This document shows positions 39,963 through 52,900 of a stretch of 64,000 bases of DNA, one piece after another. The notes beneath the pieces were generated by a model. It ran no database searches. It worked only from the letters and a program-made list of their open reading frames with translations, and was not told the DNA's origin. The position numbers and the translations under genes are program-made. Every line of letters starts with the position of its first letter. The stretch's first letter is position 1. Source of the stretch: Lama guanicoe (Eukaryota); the NCBI GenBank assembly GCA_013239625.1, contig MU053504.1:374001-438000 (forward strand), given 5' to 3'.

Positions 39963-41437
39963 GTGAGTCTCTAGCACACGGAGGGGTCTGCTGGTGGGCG
40001 TGGACTTTGGGATCGCCTGTTTGAAACCCATTGGATCGACAGCCCTAAATGTTTGTGAAGCCTTTACCAGTGATCCTGCTTCTGGAATTCTATTCTGAGG
40101 CCAGAACCCTAAATATAGAAACACTTTGTATTCAGAGATTTCACTGCCTAGTGTTGTAAAAGGAGGGACTTTTCATCATAGGAGGATGGTTGAGTAAATT
40201 AAGGTAAATCCATCTAGGGACAACCTGAAAGAAAAAAGCTTATTGTGGCCCCAGGGGCTACTTGTAGTTCTTTAGGTAAGCCTAGCTTTCTGCTGCCTTG
40301 GGGTCTTTACCCCTCCTTTCTGGGCTGGAAAGCCCTTCCTCTCCACCGTTGCCACCTCACAAAGATCCCTTCCTGTAGCCTGCTGACTCCTCGTGTTTCA
40401 CTTACTCAAAAAGATCGGTCCTGACTGCTTACTTTCATCTGCCAGAAAAATCTAAATTATGCCTCTGCTTCATCATCTTATTTACCTGCCTGGTGTGTAA
40501 CACAGTCTGTAATTAACCTGCTTACTTGTGCTGTGGTGTAATATTTGTGTTCTGCCACTGGACTGCGACCGCCATGAGGGCAGTGACTCTCTTTTTTGAA
40601 GTTTTGTCCTGGTTGTCTGTGTTCATATAAAAGTATCATGCAGTCTGTACATGCTGCGCTTTGCTTTTTTTTTACCCAGTATGTTTTGGAGGCCTTTACG
40701 TGACAATGCATATAGCTGTACCTTGTTCATTTTAACCACTATGTCGTATTCCATAATACTGCAATTTATTTCTTCCTCTCCCTTTTGATGAACATTTAGA
40801 TCCTGTATCAGACAGTCTTCTTAGTTATAAACAACAAAATCCCCTCAGGTTTTTATTTAAACATTTGGGTTTATTAAAAGAACTGAGATAGCTCATTGAA
40901 TTGTTGGAAGGGCTGGAGAAACAGGTACAAGGCTGGGCTTCCGGGGCATTACCCCAAACCACTGCTGCTGCCGCCACCCCAGGGCGTTAGGTACTGGCTG
41001 ACTGCCAACCCTGGTGCTCCTCATGAGCCACTGATATTGTGACCCCTGCTGCCTCTGTTGCTGCCTTCATTAACAAGGTGTCTGCCCTTTACTCGGCTTG
41101 TGTATCCATGTTTCCCATCTCCAAGTTGAAGTTGTGCATCCATTTGGTGCCCCAGTTACATGCCTGTGTCCAAGCTGCAAAAGAGCCTGGAAAGTAGGTT
41201 TTCTGGGCTCTGCCTCAGAAAGGCATAATCCTAAGTCAGAGAAGTTCTCAAGCATTAGAAGTGTATTTCACCTATTACAGACAGTCCTTATATGTGTCTC
41301 TGTGCACATATGTATTTCTTTAGGTTGATGATTAAATTGTTCCTCTCTCCCCACCTGCCCCCTCACTCCCCACCTGCCCCCTCACTCACTAGACCAGAAA
41401 TACCCCAGTCTCTCATTTTCTGTTTTCATTTTTCTAG

Positions 41438-41520
41438 GAATGTGGCTCACAGCAAGTGTCAGACTTGACCCTGAACTTGAGTGATTATATCGATTCAGAA
41501 CACCTGGTTGACTTCCACAG
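41438..41520 (+). CDS. PSMF1: PSMF1 coding exon 3 (aa 95-122)
   Basis: Not in the ORF track. Acceptor ttttcatttttctag|GAA; ECGSQQVSDLTLNLSDYIDSEHLVDFH(R); donor AG|gtattt; 83 nt, phase 0/2. Confidence 0.95.
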
Positions 41521-41849
41521 GTATTTCTAAGTGATGACTTTTCCCTGGGAAAAAAGAAGAGAGAACCAATGGCCAGATGTAAGGAACAGAGTTGAGGTGT
41601 CCAGAGAATCGAGGAAGGTTAACAGAAGGGTCCTTCTCTCTTGGGCACAGTCACTTCTCAGTTCTCTTTTCTGTTTTTAATTTATTTGAAGAAAAGAATC
41701 ACATGGCAAATGCCACGTGAAGTAACATGTCGCAATCAAGAGTCCACACATCTACGCCTGTAGGGTAGAGACGGCGCCAGGTCAGTGGAGTTAGAGTGAG
41801 ATCCTGGGAAAAAATATACCTAATCTGGTTTCCACTCCACCCCCTAATT

Positions 41850-42890
41850 TTTTTTTAATAGACTTATTTTTTAGAGCAGTTTTAGGTTCGCAGCAAAATT
41901 GAGCAGTAAGTGCAGAGAGTTCCCATGAACCTCCCCCTTGCCCTGAACTCTCAGCATCCTGCACCAGTGTAGTAATTTGTTATTAAGTGGTGAACATATG
42001 CTAAAACACAGTATCACCCAAATTTCACTCTTGAAATTTCATTCTTGGTAGTATTGGAATGTGTTTACTTTTGTAAGAAACTGTCAAGCTGTCTTCCAAA
42101 GTAGCCGTACCATCTTGCATTCGCGCTTGGAGTGAACGAGAGTTCCTCTTGTTCTACATCCTGTCAGTGTTGGCGGTGTTTCAGATTTTGTCCATTCTAA
42201 TAGGTGTGTAACAGTATCTCATTTTTGTTTTAATTGGCAGTTCCCTGATGGCATATGATGTTGGGCATCTTTTCATATGCTTATTTGCCACTTGTGTGCA
42301 TCTTCTTTGGTGAGGTGTCTGTTCAGGCCTTTGGCCCATTCTTTTAATCAAGTTGTTTTCTTATAGTTGAGTTTTAGGAGTTCTGTGTATATTTTGGGTA
42401 ACAGTCATAAGTCATATCTGTTTTGCAAATATTGTCTTCTAATCTGACTTCTCATCCTCTTGACTTTTTATTTTGAAATTTGCAACCCAGCAGAAAAGAT
42501 GGTTTGCAAAAATATTACAGTAAACACTCACATACCCATCACCTAAGTTCACAAATTTTTAACATTTTGCCACATTTGTTTAGTTTTTCTGTATGCTTTT
42601 TGTTCTTGAACCACTGGAGAATTATTTCCAGACTTTATGAACCGTGACCCATAAGTATTTGAACATGTATCTCCTTGTTCTTACATGGATGTCCTCCTGT
42701 ATAACCTTAATATAGTATCACACTCAGGATATGTAGCATTGATACATTAGTATCATTTAATACACAGTCCGTGTTCCGATTTCTGCAGTCTTTCCAGTAG
42801 TGTCCTTTTTACCTAGTCTTTTGGTTTTAGGTTTGAGGTATTTTTTATTATACAACCAAGTATCATACATTGCATATACTTGCATGCCAG
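41850..42890 (-). mobile_element. L1 3' fragments in intron 3
   Basis: TTTTAGAGCAGTTTTAGGTT...GCATCTTTTCATATGCTTATTTGCCA. Confidence 0.75.
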
Positions 42891-44319
42891 TTCCTCAGAG
42901 AAGCCTCCGCCGGTCCCCCCACATCTGATATTCGAGACAACCTCTGAAGCATTCAAGAAGTGGGTACTTTATGATTAACTTCTTAGAGTTGGTCTCACCT
43001 GTTAGCCTGTAATCTCCTTGAGGGCAGGGTCTGAGTCTGGGTTACACAGTGGACAAAGGAGTGAAGGAGTGGAGAGAGGCCAGGCCTGGCCTTGCAGAGC
43101 TGCTCGTCTGAGTGCTCCCACACCGTGACCCCAGCTCACCCCTTAAGGGGCTAAGGGAGGGACACTTCGAGTGCAGTCTCTCTCTTGACTTTTTATTCTA
43201 GAATTTCATTGGGAGAGAAGTTGGCAAAACCTTGGAAGCACCCAGGCCTGTACACCAGGCTGTTCATGTGCCTTAGAGGATTTAGTCCCCTCAGCAGTAC
43301 GTCAAGAAATAGTGGTAATGGCTCCATTCTTTTTTTTTAATAACATTTGTTAGAGTTCTGTGCGTGTTGGTGTGTGTTTTGGTTTGGTTTTTGATTACTG
43401 TGAAACAACACAATAGTACTACTACCTGAGAGTGTTGTCCTGAGAAGGAAATCAGATGTCAGCACAGAATGCTTAGTGCTGGGCCCAGTTCTTAATAAAT
43501 ATGCAAAGGGAAAAAAATCTGATCACCAGGAATCACCTCTGTGAAAACTGAGGCTCTGAGAGCTGGGGTATTGATCTGCCTCCTGATCATAAGACCCTCC
43601 CTCTCTTCTCTGCCTTTCTGCCAGCAGCACTGGGCTGCCCACTTCTGGCCTCCTTCCTCCATCTGGCCCTCCTTGTTAGGTCTTCCTGGCATGGCACGTC
43701 TGTTCCAGGTAGGAATTTGTGCTCCTATTTGAGCAAACTGATTAGCTAAGGAGTATAAACCTGTTCTTTCCTGCCATGCCTCTTAGGATGAAAGGCTGTC
43801 TTTTGCTACTACGGAAATGGCAGTTCTACTAAAGTTTAGAAATCATGTGATAACTTCTTCTACAGGACTTGGCAGTTTTTGAATCAGATCTGACTTCTAC
43901 AGGTAAACCTCTACAGGGAGATCGGAGGCCTTCCACCTATATCACACACAGCTCATCTGAAAGGAAAGAGAAGTTAGATTTATCCCCTCTCCCCAGTTTG
44001 GTCAGGGAAGCAACACCGTGCCCAGAGTTCTGTGTTCTAAGTAGGAACCTAATCTTTGTAGAGACATATGGACCACAGGCCCTTAGAGCTTCCAAACCAT
44101 CATAGATCTTACACTTTTTAAGCTTGGCATTCTTTATTCAACCACAGTGTTCTTTAGGATTCTGGTGGAAAGGGTAGGGGCAGCAAATAGAGATCCTTGT
44201 TCCCCATCCCCTTGGCTTTCTCTGTTGCCTTCCCTGGGCCGCCTTCCATGCCAGAGAAAACCTGAAATCATTGATCTAGTCTAATCTCAATGATTTTATG
44301 GTTATATAATACATTTATT

Positions 44320-47300
44320 TTTTTAAATAAACTTTTTATTTTGAGGTAATTGTAGACTTACATGCAGTTGTAAGATATGCTGCAGAGAGACTTTTGTATC
44401 CTTTATACATTTTACCTCAATGATAATATTGTATAAAACTGTACTTAATATTACAATGAGGATATTAATATTGATACAATGACATAACGCATTTCCATCA
44501 CAAGTGTCCTTCCTGATGCTTTTTTATACCCACACCCACGCCCTCTCTCCACCACTAACCCCCAGCAACCATCATTTATTCTCTATTTCTAAAATTTTGT
44601 CATTACAAACATGTTATATAAACGGAATCATACAGTATGTAGCTTTTGGGATTGGCCTTTCTCGCTCAGCATAATACCCTTGTGATCCATCTGAGTTGTT
44701 GCATCAGTGGCTTGTTCCTTTGTATTGCTGAGTGGTATTTCATGGTATGGTATTCATGGAATTTCAGTTTGTTTAGCCGTTCACTAGTTGAAGGACATCT
44801 GAGTTGTTTCATTTTTTGCTGTTACAAATAAAAGTACTCTGAACATTCATGTACAGGCTTTTGTGTGGATGTAATATTTATTTCTCTGCAACAAATGCCC
44901 AAGAGTTCATTGGTAATTGCATGTTTCAATTGTTAAGAAACTGCCAAACAATTTTTTATGTCCACCAGTGATAGTTTCTCTGTGTCTTCACCAGTTTTTG
45001 GTGTTATCACTATTTTTTATTTAAGTTATTCTGATGTATAGTAATATTTTATTGTGTTTTTAATTTGCATTTCCGTGTTGACTAGTGAGAGTTCCTTATA
45101 TATTTCAGATGCAAGTCTATTGTTGGAAGTTGGTTTGTAAATGTTTTCTCCCAGCCTGTACTTTGTTTTTTCATTCACTTAACAAGGTCTTTTGCAAACA
45201 AAAGTATTTTATTTTGCTGATAGCTATTTGATCAGTTTTTGCTTTTATAAATCAAGCTTATGGTGTCAAATGTGAGAACTCTTTGCCTACTCTTAGATCC
45301 CAAAGATTTTCTCCTATTTTTTTCTGAACATTTTACAGTTTTATGTTTTTAATTTAAGTCTGTGGTCTATTTTAAATTAATTTTTGTATAAGGTGTATGG
45401 TTTAGAGACAGTTCATTTTCTTGCCTATGGATGTCCAATTGCTCCAACACCATTTGTTACTCCTTCATTGAATTGCATTTGCAACTTTATCAAAAATCAG
45501 TTGCCTGTACTTGTGTGGGTCTTTTTCTGGATTCTCTGATTTTTCCGTTGATCTTTGTGTCTATTCCTCTGCCAGTATCACAGTATTTATTATTGTAGCT
45601 ATTAGTAGACCTTAATATTGAGTGCAATGATTCCTCCCACTCCTTTGTCAAGATAGTTTTCATTATTCTAGAGTCTCTGCCTTTTTCTATAAACTTTAGA
45701 ATAAACTTGCCTTTGTCTATAAAAAACCTTACTGGGATTTTGATAGGAGTCGGATTAAACCTATAGATCATTAAACCTAAAATGAGAAAGGTTGACATTT
45801 TTGTCATGAACGTGGTATGTCTCTCCATTTATTTAGGTCTTACTTTATTTCTTTCATTATCATTCTGTAATTTTCAGCATATAGATCCTGGACATGTTTT
45901 TGTCATTACCTTTGGGATGTTAGTGGTGATTATAAATGGTGTTCTCTTGTTGTGATTTTCAAATGTCCATTGTTAGTATATAGAAATGCAATTTATTTTT
46001 GTGTGTTGATCTTGTATCCTGTTACCTTGCTGAGCTCAGTGTGGCAGTATTTGGGTTTTTTTGTTTTGTTTTGTTTTTGTAGATTCCTTGGGAATTTCAA
46101 GGTAGACTGGCATGTCACCTGCAAACAGGAGCAGCTTTATTCCTTGTGTTCTAATCTGTATGCTTTTTGTTGCCTTATTGAAGTAGCTGGAACTTCCAGT
46201 TTTGTGTTAAACAAGAATCCTTGCCTTGTTCCCAGTCTTAAAGGCAAAGTACTCTTTCATTATTAAATATATTGTTAGCTGTGGGATTTTTGTAGATGGT
46301 CATTATATCAAGTTGAGAAAGTTCCCCTCTATTCCTAGTTTGTTTGTTGAGGTTTTTATTATGAATGGATTTATTGTGTTGGATTTTGTCAAATGCCTTT
46401 TCTGTATCAATTGATATGATCATATGATTTTTCTTAGCTTATTAATGTGGTAGGAATTTGTGAATATTGATCCAGCCTTAGATGCCTACAATAATCCTGT
46501 GGTGTATAATTCTTTATAGTTTTATCAATTCAATTTGTTAATATTTTGCTGAGGATTTTTGCATCCAAATTCATGGGAGATAGTGGTCTGTAGTTTCCTT
46601 TTTTTGTACTTTCTTTGCCTGATTTTGATATCAGGGTACTACCAGCCTCATCAAATGAGTTGGGAAATGTTCCCTCCTCTTGCATTTTTTTGCAAGTGAC
46701 TGGAAATTGGTGTTAATTCTTCTTTAAACATTAGGTAGGCCTCTTCACTGAAATCATTTGGACCTGGATATTTCTTTTTGGGGATGATTAAGTATGAATT
46801 GTGTTACTTTAGTAGAACTATTCAGATTATCAGTTTTGTTTTGGTTAAGTTGTTACAGTCTGTGGTTTTTGAAGAATTATTCTAAGTTGTTCAGTTAGGT
46901 TGTTCTTAGTATTCTCTTATCCTTTCAATAGCAACAGAGTCATTCTAATATCCCATTTCATTCTTGACAATAGTGATTTGTATCTTCTCTTTATGTTTGC
47001 TAATCTTGCTAGAAGTTCATCAATTTTATTCATTTTTTGGAAGAACCAGCTTTTTGTTTTATTAATTTTCTCTTTTCCCTTTTCTTTATTTCTGTTCTTT
47101 ATTATTTCCTTATTTCTTCTTCCTTTGGGTTTAATTTTCTCTTTTTCTGGGTTCTTGAGGTCAGAATTTCAACAGTGGATTTCTTTCCTCTTTTCCAATG
47201 TAAACATTTAGTCCTATGAAGTTTCCTCTCAACACTGCTTTAGCTATAAGCTCACATATTTTAATATGTTGTATTTTTATTATTATTCAGTGCTTTGTAT

Positions 47301-47510
47301 TTTTTCCCAAAATTTCCTCTTTGATCCATGGATTATCTAGAATTATATTGCTTTATTTCCATGTATTTATATACTTCCTTCCTGTTTTGATACTTAGTAT
47401 GATTCCATGTGGTCAGAGAACATACTCTGTATGATTTCAGTTTTGTTTTTTGTTTTTTTTTTTTACCTTTATGAGGTTTGCTTTTTGACCCAGGATATGG
47501 CTTTTTTTAA
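44320..47510 (-). mobile_element. ~3.2 kb degenerate antisense L1M in intron 3
   Basis: Minus-strand ORF2 RT remnant MIISIDTEKAFDKIQH (46238-46423); 3' end near 44320. Confidence 0.85.
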
Positions 47511-47891
47511 AACACCAGATTTTTAGGAACTCTGTAGAGTCCTGCCCACTCCCTGTTACTTCAGTCTGCCTCAACACTTCAGCTAGAGCTCACATTGCTT
47601 GTCTCACAGGCAGACAAGAGAGGCCCAGAACAGCATTCTAAGGGCCTCTGAGTTAGTGACAGAATTAGACCTTAATCCACTAGAGCTCCGCCTGCTTGGA
47701 CCAGGAACCTGGTTCATCCTCCCCATGGAGCCTTTGCCTTCCATGACCCTCCCCATGACATGTGATGAACACACAATGAGGCTGAGGGTGGGGTGGTGTG
47801 GGGAGAGTACAGAGGAGAGCCAGTCCAGGCCCTGTGCCCCTACACCCTCACCTCTTTCTAATGGGGTGGTAAATGAGGAGGGGCAACTCAG

Positions 47892-48109
47892 ATGCCTAAG
47901 AAGCTTAGGCCCAAATCTCAGAGACAACGTCGGGCTGTCGCCCCCCTCACCCAGGTCCGCCGGGCGGCCCATTCCCACCCTTGCAAACGGTCCAAGCGCA
48001 ACGCTGAGAGCTGTCGGGGCTGCCGCCGCCATTACCGCCGCCGCCAAAATACTGTACTCAGGTTTGGCAACCAGCTGCAAGCCCCTGACACCTCATCTCC
48101 TTCCTACAG
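47892..48109 (+). CDS. Candidate alternative 5' coding extension of exon 4 (Arg-rich, protamine-like peptide); hypothetical
   Basis: ATG at 47892, 72 stop-free codons in frame with exon 4; 12 of 15 local CpGs sit in CGN Arg codons of this frame. No expression evidence. Confidence 0.45.
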
Positions 48110-48295
48110 GGCCTACAAGAACAGTGAGGAGCTTCGGTCTCGCATTGTGTCTGGGATCATCACACCTATCCACGAGCACTGGGACAAAGCCAGTGTAAGC
48201 AGTCCCCACCGGGAGTTTCCCCCTGCCACTGCCAGAGAGGTGGACCCACTCCGGATTCAGCCACACCACCCACGTACCAGCCAGCAGCCTCCTTG
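48110..48295 (+). CDS. PSMF1: PSMF1 coding exon 4 (aa 122-184; end of FP domain, start of proline-rich tail)
   Basis: Acceptor ctccttcctacag|G; (R)AYKNSEELRSRIVSGIITPIHEHWDKASVSSPHREFPPATAREVDPLRIQPHHPRTSQQPP(W); donor TG|gtgagt; 186 nt; phase matches exon 3. Confidence 0.96.
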
Positions 48296-49999
48296 GTGAG
48301 TACGGAGCCTGTGGTGGGCGGCCCATACTTCTGCAGACAGATTCTGGGCATGACCGTCTTGCCACTTGACCCCTCTCTAGTCACCACATATCTTCAACAG
48401 AATTGTCAGCTTGGGTGTATGGAGATAGAAAGTGGGGAGATAAGTGGGGCAGTGAGTTCTTACACTGCTGTTAGTCACCTCAGCTGCCCAGCTTCCTAAG
48501 GCTGCCTGCCTCCTTTCTAGAGGCCACAGGGAGCTTCTAAGTGTGCCCAGAAGTCAGTGCGTCTGGGGCGTGTGTGCAGTCCTCCAGAGGTGCTGTTCAG
48601 TTATTCATTCCAGAGCTCTTTGTCTGTCAGGACCCGGACCAGGCTTTTGGGAAAAATGTAAAGATATAGAAGTATTGGAAGTTCCTCAAGGAGATGTAGT
48701 CCCAGTGTTCCCTTTTCATTTCACTTCATTATGGTCCCTTGACCTCTTTGACAGCTTCAGAACTTTTCCAAAATAGCATGAAGTATGAGTAAGTTAAAAC
48801 CAAGATTTTTGCAGATTAGAATGGCAGCATTTAGGACTGGAGACTTCTGCTCTGAGGGAGGAGACAGGGACCAGGGACACCTTAGTCTCTAGCTGAGACA
48901 GCACTTCCCAGTTTGGAGTCCACAATATGGTAGTAGTGGTAGGGTTGGTAGGTGGTGAGGGAGGATTTACTGTGTGGCCCTCAATAATAAGCACTCACTA
49001 AGTGTTAATTACCATTGTTACTTTATTCTATTTTGCAATTATATACCTTTGGTCAATTAAGTAAATGGGAAATCTGTTTAATTACTATAATAAGTAATAA
49101 TTGGCAAGTCTCTTTGTCAGTCTTTGGAAATACTGAGTCCTATGGGGAGAGTGAAGAATAATGAAAAGTGGTTGAAAGGTTGAAAACAGCTTGTCTGATC
49201 AAACCTCCTTGTTTTACAGATGGGAACAAGGTAAGATGACCTGCCTAAGGTCACCAGCCACTAATAAAGAGACAGAGCCAGGGCTGGGGGTCCAAGTGTC
49301 CCCACTCCAGTGCAGTGCTCTGCTGTGATGTAACCACAATATGGTGGCAAGATTTAAGGATAAGTCCTGGACAGCAATCAAATTAGGGGAGACTTTTAGA
49401 CCTTAAGTAGATAGTAATTCTCAGCTGTCTCAGATTCACTTTCCATTTCAAAGCAAATATTCTCTGAAATCTCCTTTACTCTCTCAAAATGGAATTCATA
49501 GATAATCTAATTTACCAAATGCACAATTTCGAAAGGGATCAGTATGAAGTCTTAACTATAATATAAATGAGAAATAAAAAGTGAGTAATTAATAATAAGA
49601 TGTGTATTTCATTGTGTAGATGCCCGAGCATGATTACACTGGAAAAGATAGATATCTGCACTTGTATGTGGAATTATCTTGAATTTGAGAGTAACAAAAG
49701 CAGACACTACATTATAGCCACACTTCTGGAAAAATTTGTATTAAAACAGGATGAAAATACTTTGTGTTCACATACAAAATGCCCTTAGACTAATTTATGG
49801 TAGGTAATTTTATGTAGGCTATACATCTCTATGAAGTCTCTAACAAGACTTTGGAAAGTTGTGTGGGATGAAGATCATTCTTCATTATGGAGCCTTGCTG
49901 TGAGTTGTAGAGTATAAAGCATCTCTGGCCTTTGCCTATAAAATGCCATAAGCACTCTCCAAGCACTGTAGCAAGCAGAACACCCCCAGGACACCTGGA

Positions 50000-52900
50000 G
50001 GCTCTTCCATCCTAACTGGAAATTATAGACCTAAGTCTGAAATTATGAAGGTAAAAAATCCTATCCTTGGAAGATCTGAAAGAATTAGAAAATCACCATA
50101 TTGCAGCTTCTGAAATAATGTGGTGACTAGGCACAAATTGCCAGTGGTTACTAAAACCATTCGGTAAAAGGTTGATGGGCCACTTCGTAATGGACAAATC
50201 AGACTGATAGCACCTGAACTCATAAATCAGTCTTAACACTAAAAGTGGGACAGCCAGACATTGTGTCTTCTAATACAATGCAATGGTGGGTTCATAGCAG
50301 CCTGAATCTAGATTGAACTCCCGGTTTAAAATAAGCATGAGGGGTAGAAGAACAAGTTAAACAGATGCATGTGGATACATGGATTCCAGCAAAACTGAAA
50401 CATGAAAAATTTTTACAGGATAAATTCATACTGTTTTTTCATCAAATAAATGAATGGCATGGGGAGAAAAGGAAAAGGGGCCTGTTAAGTCTTATCAACA
50501 AAATACAGTGTTGGACATTGGATCTTGATTCAAACGAACAAATTCTAAAATTCTTGAGACATTTGGGGAAATCTGAACATGGATCAGGTATTATTTAATA
50601 TTACTGCTAATTTTGTTAGGTGAAATAAATTCTGGTTACATTAAAAAAAAAGAAGTCTTTGTCTGATATATATATGAATAATTTTATTAAATGAAGTTTC
50701 TAAGGGTGAGATGATATGTCTGGGATTTGCTTTAAAATAATTCCACCCCCAAAAAGGGTAAGACATTGGGAAGTGAGTGTAGGTGAAATATGAATGGTAG
50801 AATATTGATAATTATTGAAGCTAAATGGAAGGATACATGGGAGTTCATAGATTATACTAATTGTACTATTTTTGGTCCATTTGAAAAATTTCCTTAATGA
50901 ATTTTTTATTAATGCTAATCCTTTAAAAACTCTTCCAAAAAATAGAAGAGGAAAGAACACCTCCCAGTTCATTCTGTGAGGCCAGTATTACCCTGATACC
51001 AAAATCAAAGACATCACAAGAAAATTATAAGACAGTATCCCTTATGAATATGGGTGTAAAAATCCCCAACAAAATTCTAGCGAAACAAATCCAGCAACAT
51101 ATAAAAATTATACACCATGACCAAATGAAATTTATTCCAGGCATGGTTGGTTTAGCATCCAAAAATAGATTGGTGTAATACACCATATTAATAGAATAAT
51201 AGGCAAAAAACACATGTTCATCTCAATAGAGAAAAAGCATTTGACAAAATCTAACACCCTTTCATAATAAAAGCATTCAACAGTGAAAGGAGACTTTCTC
51301 AATGCAGTAAAGGTATCTGCAGAAAGCACACAGCTAACATCCTACGTAATGAAGAAAGATGAAATGTTTTCCCCCTAAGATCAGGGACAAGACAAGAATA
51401 TCTGCTCTTGTAACTTTTCTACAGCATTGTGCTTTGTATTTCTAGCCAGGGCAATCATTTAAGAAAAGGAAATAAAAGGTATCCAGATTAGAAAGTTTGA
51501 AGTAAAGCAATCTTTATTTGCCAGTGACATAGGATCTTGTATGTAGAAAATACTAAGGAATCCTGTTTAAAAACCTTTTAGAACTAATGAATGAGTTCAG
51601 CAGTTGACAAGATATAAGATCAATAGGCAAAAATCAGTTGCATTTTCTATGCATCAGCAGTGAACAATCTGAAAATGAAATTAAGAAAATCTCATTTATA
51701 ATAACCCCCAAAGGAATAAAATACTTAATAATAAATTTAACAAAAGAAGTACAAGACTTGTGTACTGAAAACTAAAAAGTGTTGAAAGACATTAAGATTT
51801 AAATGAAAAGACATCCATATTCATGGATAGGAAGACAGTATTGGCAATACTCCCCAAATTGATCTACACATTCAGTGCAGTGCCAATAAAAATTCAAGGG
51901 ATTTTTTTGTTTGTTTGAGGGAGGGGTTTTTTGTGGGGGTTTTTTGGTGGAAATTGGCAAGCTGATCTTAAAATTCATATAGAAATGCCAGGGAACCAGA
52001 AGAGCTAAAACAATCTTTAAAAAAACAAAGTTGGAGAACTCACATTTCCCAATTTCAAATCTTATTACCAAACTACAGTAATTAAGTATAGGGATAGACA
52101 TGTAAAGCAAGAGAGTAGAATTGAGAAATAACCCATAACATTCATGGGCAATTGATTACAACAAGGATGCCAAGACAGTTCATTGGGGAAACAATAGTCT
52201 TTTCAAATGGTGCTGGGATGCTGAATATCCACATGCAAAAGAATGAAGTTGGACCCTTCTTCAAAGTATACCCAAAACATTTACTCAGAATGGATCACTG
52301 ATGTAGATTTAAGAGCTAGAACTATAAAACTCCTAGAAGAAAATTTAAGAATTTTCATGACCCTGTAGTAGAAGTGGTTTCTTAAATACAACACCAAAAG
52401 CACAAGCTACAAAAGAAAAAAATAGATGAATTAGACTTCAAAAATAAAACCTTTTGTGCATGAAAGGACAGTATCACAAAAGTGAAAAGACAGCTCGCAG
52501 AAGAATCATATATTTACAAATCATGGATCTGACAAGAGACTTGTATCCAGAATATATGGAGAACAACTCAGTAATAAAAGACAACCCAATTTTAAAATGG
52601 TTAAAGAATTTGAGGAGACATTTCTCCAAGGAAGATGTACAGGTGGCCCATAAACATGTGAAAAGATGCTCGTCACTAGTCATTAGGGAAATGGAAATCC
52701 AAACTACCATGATACATTATTTGTTTGAGCATATATTCATGAATATTTGTAGCAGCATCATTTATAATAGCCAAAAAGTAGAAACAACATAAATGTCCAT
52801 CAGCTGATGAATGAATAAATACATATATGATATATGTGATACATGCATATGATGGAATATTTCAGTAGTGAAAAAGAATGAAGTGCTGATACTGGTACAT

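Noticed and set aside
47880..47892. CAG directly before ATG 47892 as an alternative exon 4 acceptor
   Set aside because: No pyrimidine tract, and joining it to phase-2 exon 3 would be out of frame.
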